A stretch of DNA of 24,000 nt from Candidatus Hodarchaeota archaeon (GTDB lineage Archaea > Asgardarchaeota > Heimdallarchaeia > Hodarchaeales > Hodarchaeaceae), in NCBI GenBank assembly GCA_016839785.1, contig JAEOTQ010000106.1:5535-29534 (forward strand), in the 5' to 3' direction. The notes beneath the pieces are model-generated. The model was not told the origin of the DNA. It made no database searches and saw only the letters and a list, made by a program, of their open reading frames with translations. The translations under genes and the position numbers were made by a program. Positions 23,932 through 24,000 of the stretch are shown here, one piece after another (position 1 is the stretch's first letter; every line of letters begins with the position of its first letter).

Positions 23932-24000
23932 TTATTTTGATCCGAAGAAGGGGATGCCTCTTGATAAAGGTATCCTATCAATTCTTTTCCTCAATAAAAC
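23932..24000 (-). CDS. 3' end (last 22 codons) of an unidentified gene upstream of and co-oriented with the radical SAM gene
   Basis: My reverse-strand translation from the window edge is VLLRKRIDRIPLSRGIPFFGSK*, with the stop at 23932-23934. That is only 20 nt before the radical SAM start codon, which suggests an operon. The fragment is too short to identify. Confidence 0.3.
   Translation of the reverse strand, partial: VLLRKRIDRIPLSRGIPFFGSK

Noticed and set aside
1-24000. Search for CRISPR arrays, transposases/integrases, inverted terminal repeats, rRNA/tRNA genes, toxin-antitoxin pairs or known defence-system signatures
   Set aside because: I saw no regularly spaced direct repeats, no DDE/tyrosine-recombinase-like ORFs and no G+C-rich tRNA or rRNA-like blocks. 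There are no small adjacent ORF pairs with TA-like features and no nuclease/helicase/ATPase combinations typical of defence islands.

Overview
Scope and limits: all domain calls come from motifs read by eye in the supplied or self-made translations. No searches were run. The window is gene-dense, visibly AT-rich and prokaryotic, with about 17 protein-coding loci on both strands. I found no rRNA, tRNA, CRISPR array, transposase or integrase.

Layout:
(1) 1-6.3 kb holds cell-surface proteins. One is a C-terminally membrane-anchored beta-lactamase-fold serine hydrolase. The other is a ~1330-aa sequon-rich surface protein: NosD/PbH1-type beta-helix, eight ~91-aa Ig-like repeats, a Ser/Thr stalk and a TM anchor.
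(2) 6.4-12.2 kb is a same-strand cluster. It encodes a monoacylglycerol-lipase/lysophospholipase-like hydrolase, an ABC-2 exporter (ATPase plus two paralogous permeases, each with a ~190-200-aa external domain) and a PlsC-type HX4D acyltransferase.
(3) 12.3-15.4 kb is a single ORF. It fuses a family-5 (Opp/Dpp-type) solute-binding domain, a juxtamembrane Ca-binding-like acidic motif, one TM helix and a ~300-aa cytoplasmic TPR-like helical domain.
(4) 15.7-21.8 kb contains small redox and regulatory genes: a flavodoxin-like gene frameshifted in an A8 run, a tandem ACT protein, a GNAT, a 4x repeat protein and a nitroreductase. It also contains a second frameshifted small membrane protein, and a cysteine-free molybdopterin-oxidoreductase-like domain fused to a 4-TM His-bearing module.
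(5) 21.9-24.0 kb holds a B12-binding-domain radical SAM enzyme with a long C-terminal extension, co-oriented with a gene cut off by the right window edge.

Taxonomy: dense N-x-S/T sequons and the recurring 'Ser/Thr stalk - TM helix - basic tail' C-termini suggest an archaeal host, possibly Asgard-like. This is inference only.

Best candidates for something undescribed:
- the SBP-TM-TPR fusion (12302-15421)
- the Cys-less Mo-domain/di-heme-like fusion (20752-21780)
- the lipase/ABC-2/acyltransferase cluster (6367-12184)
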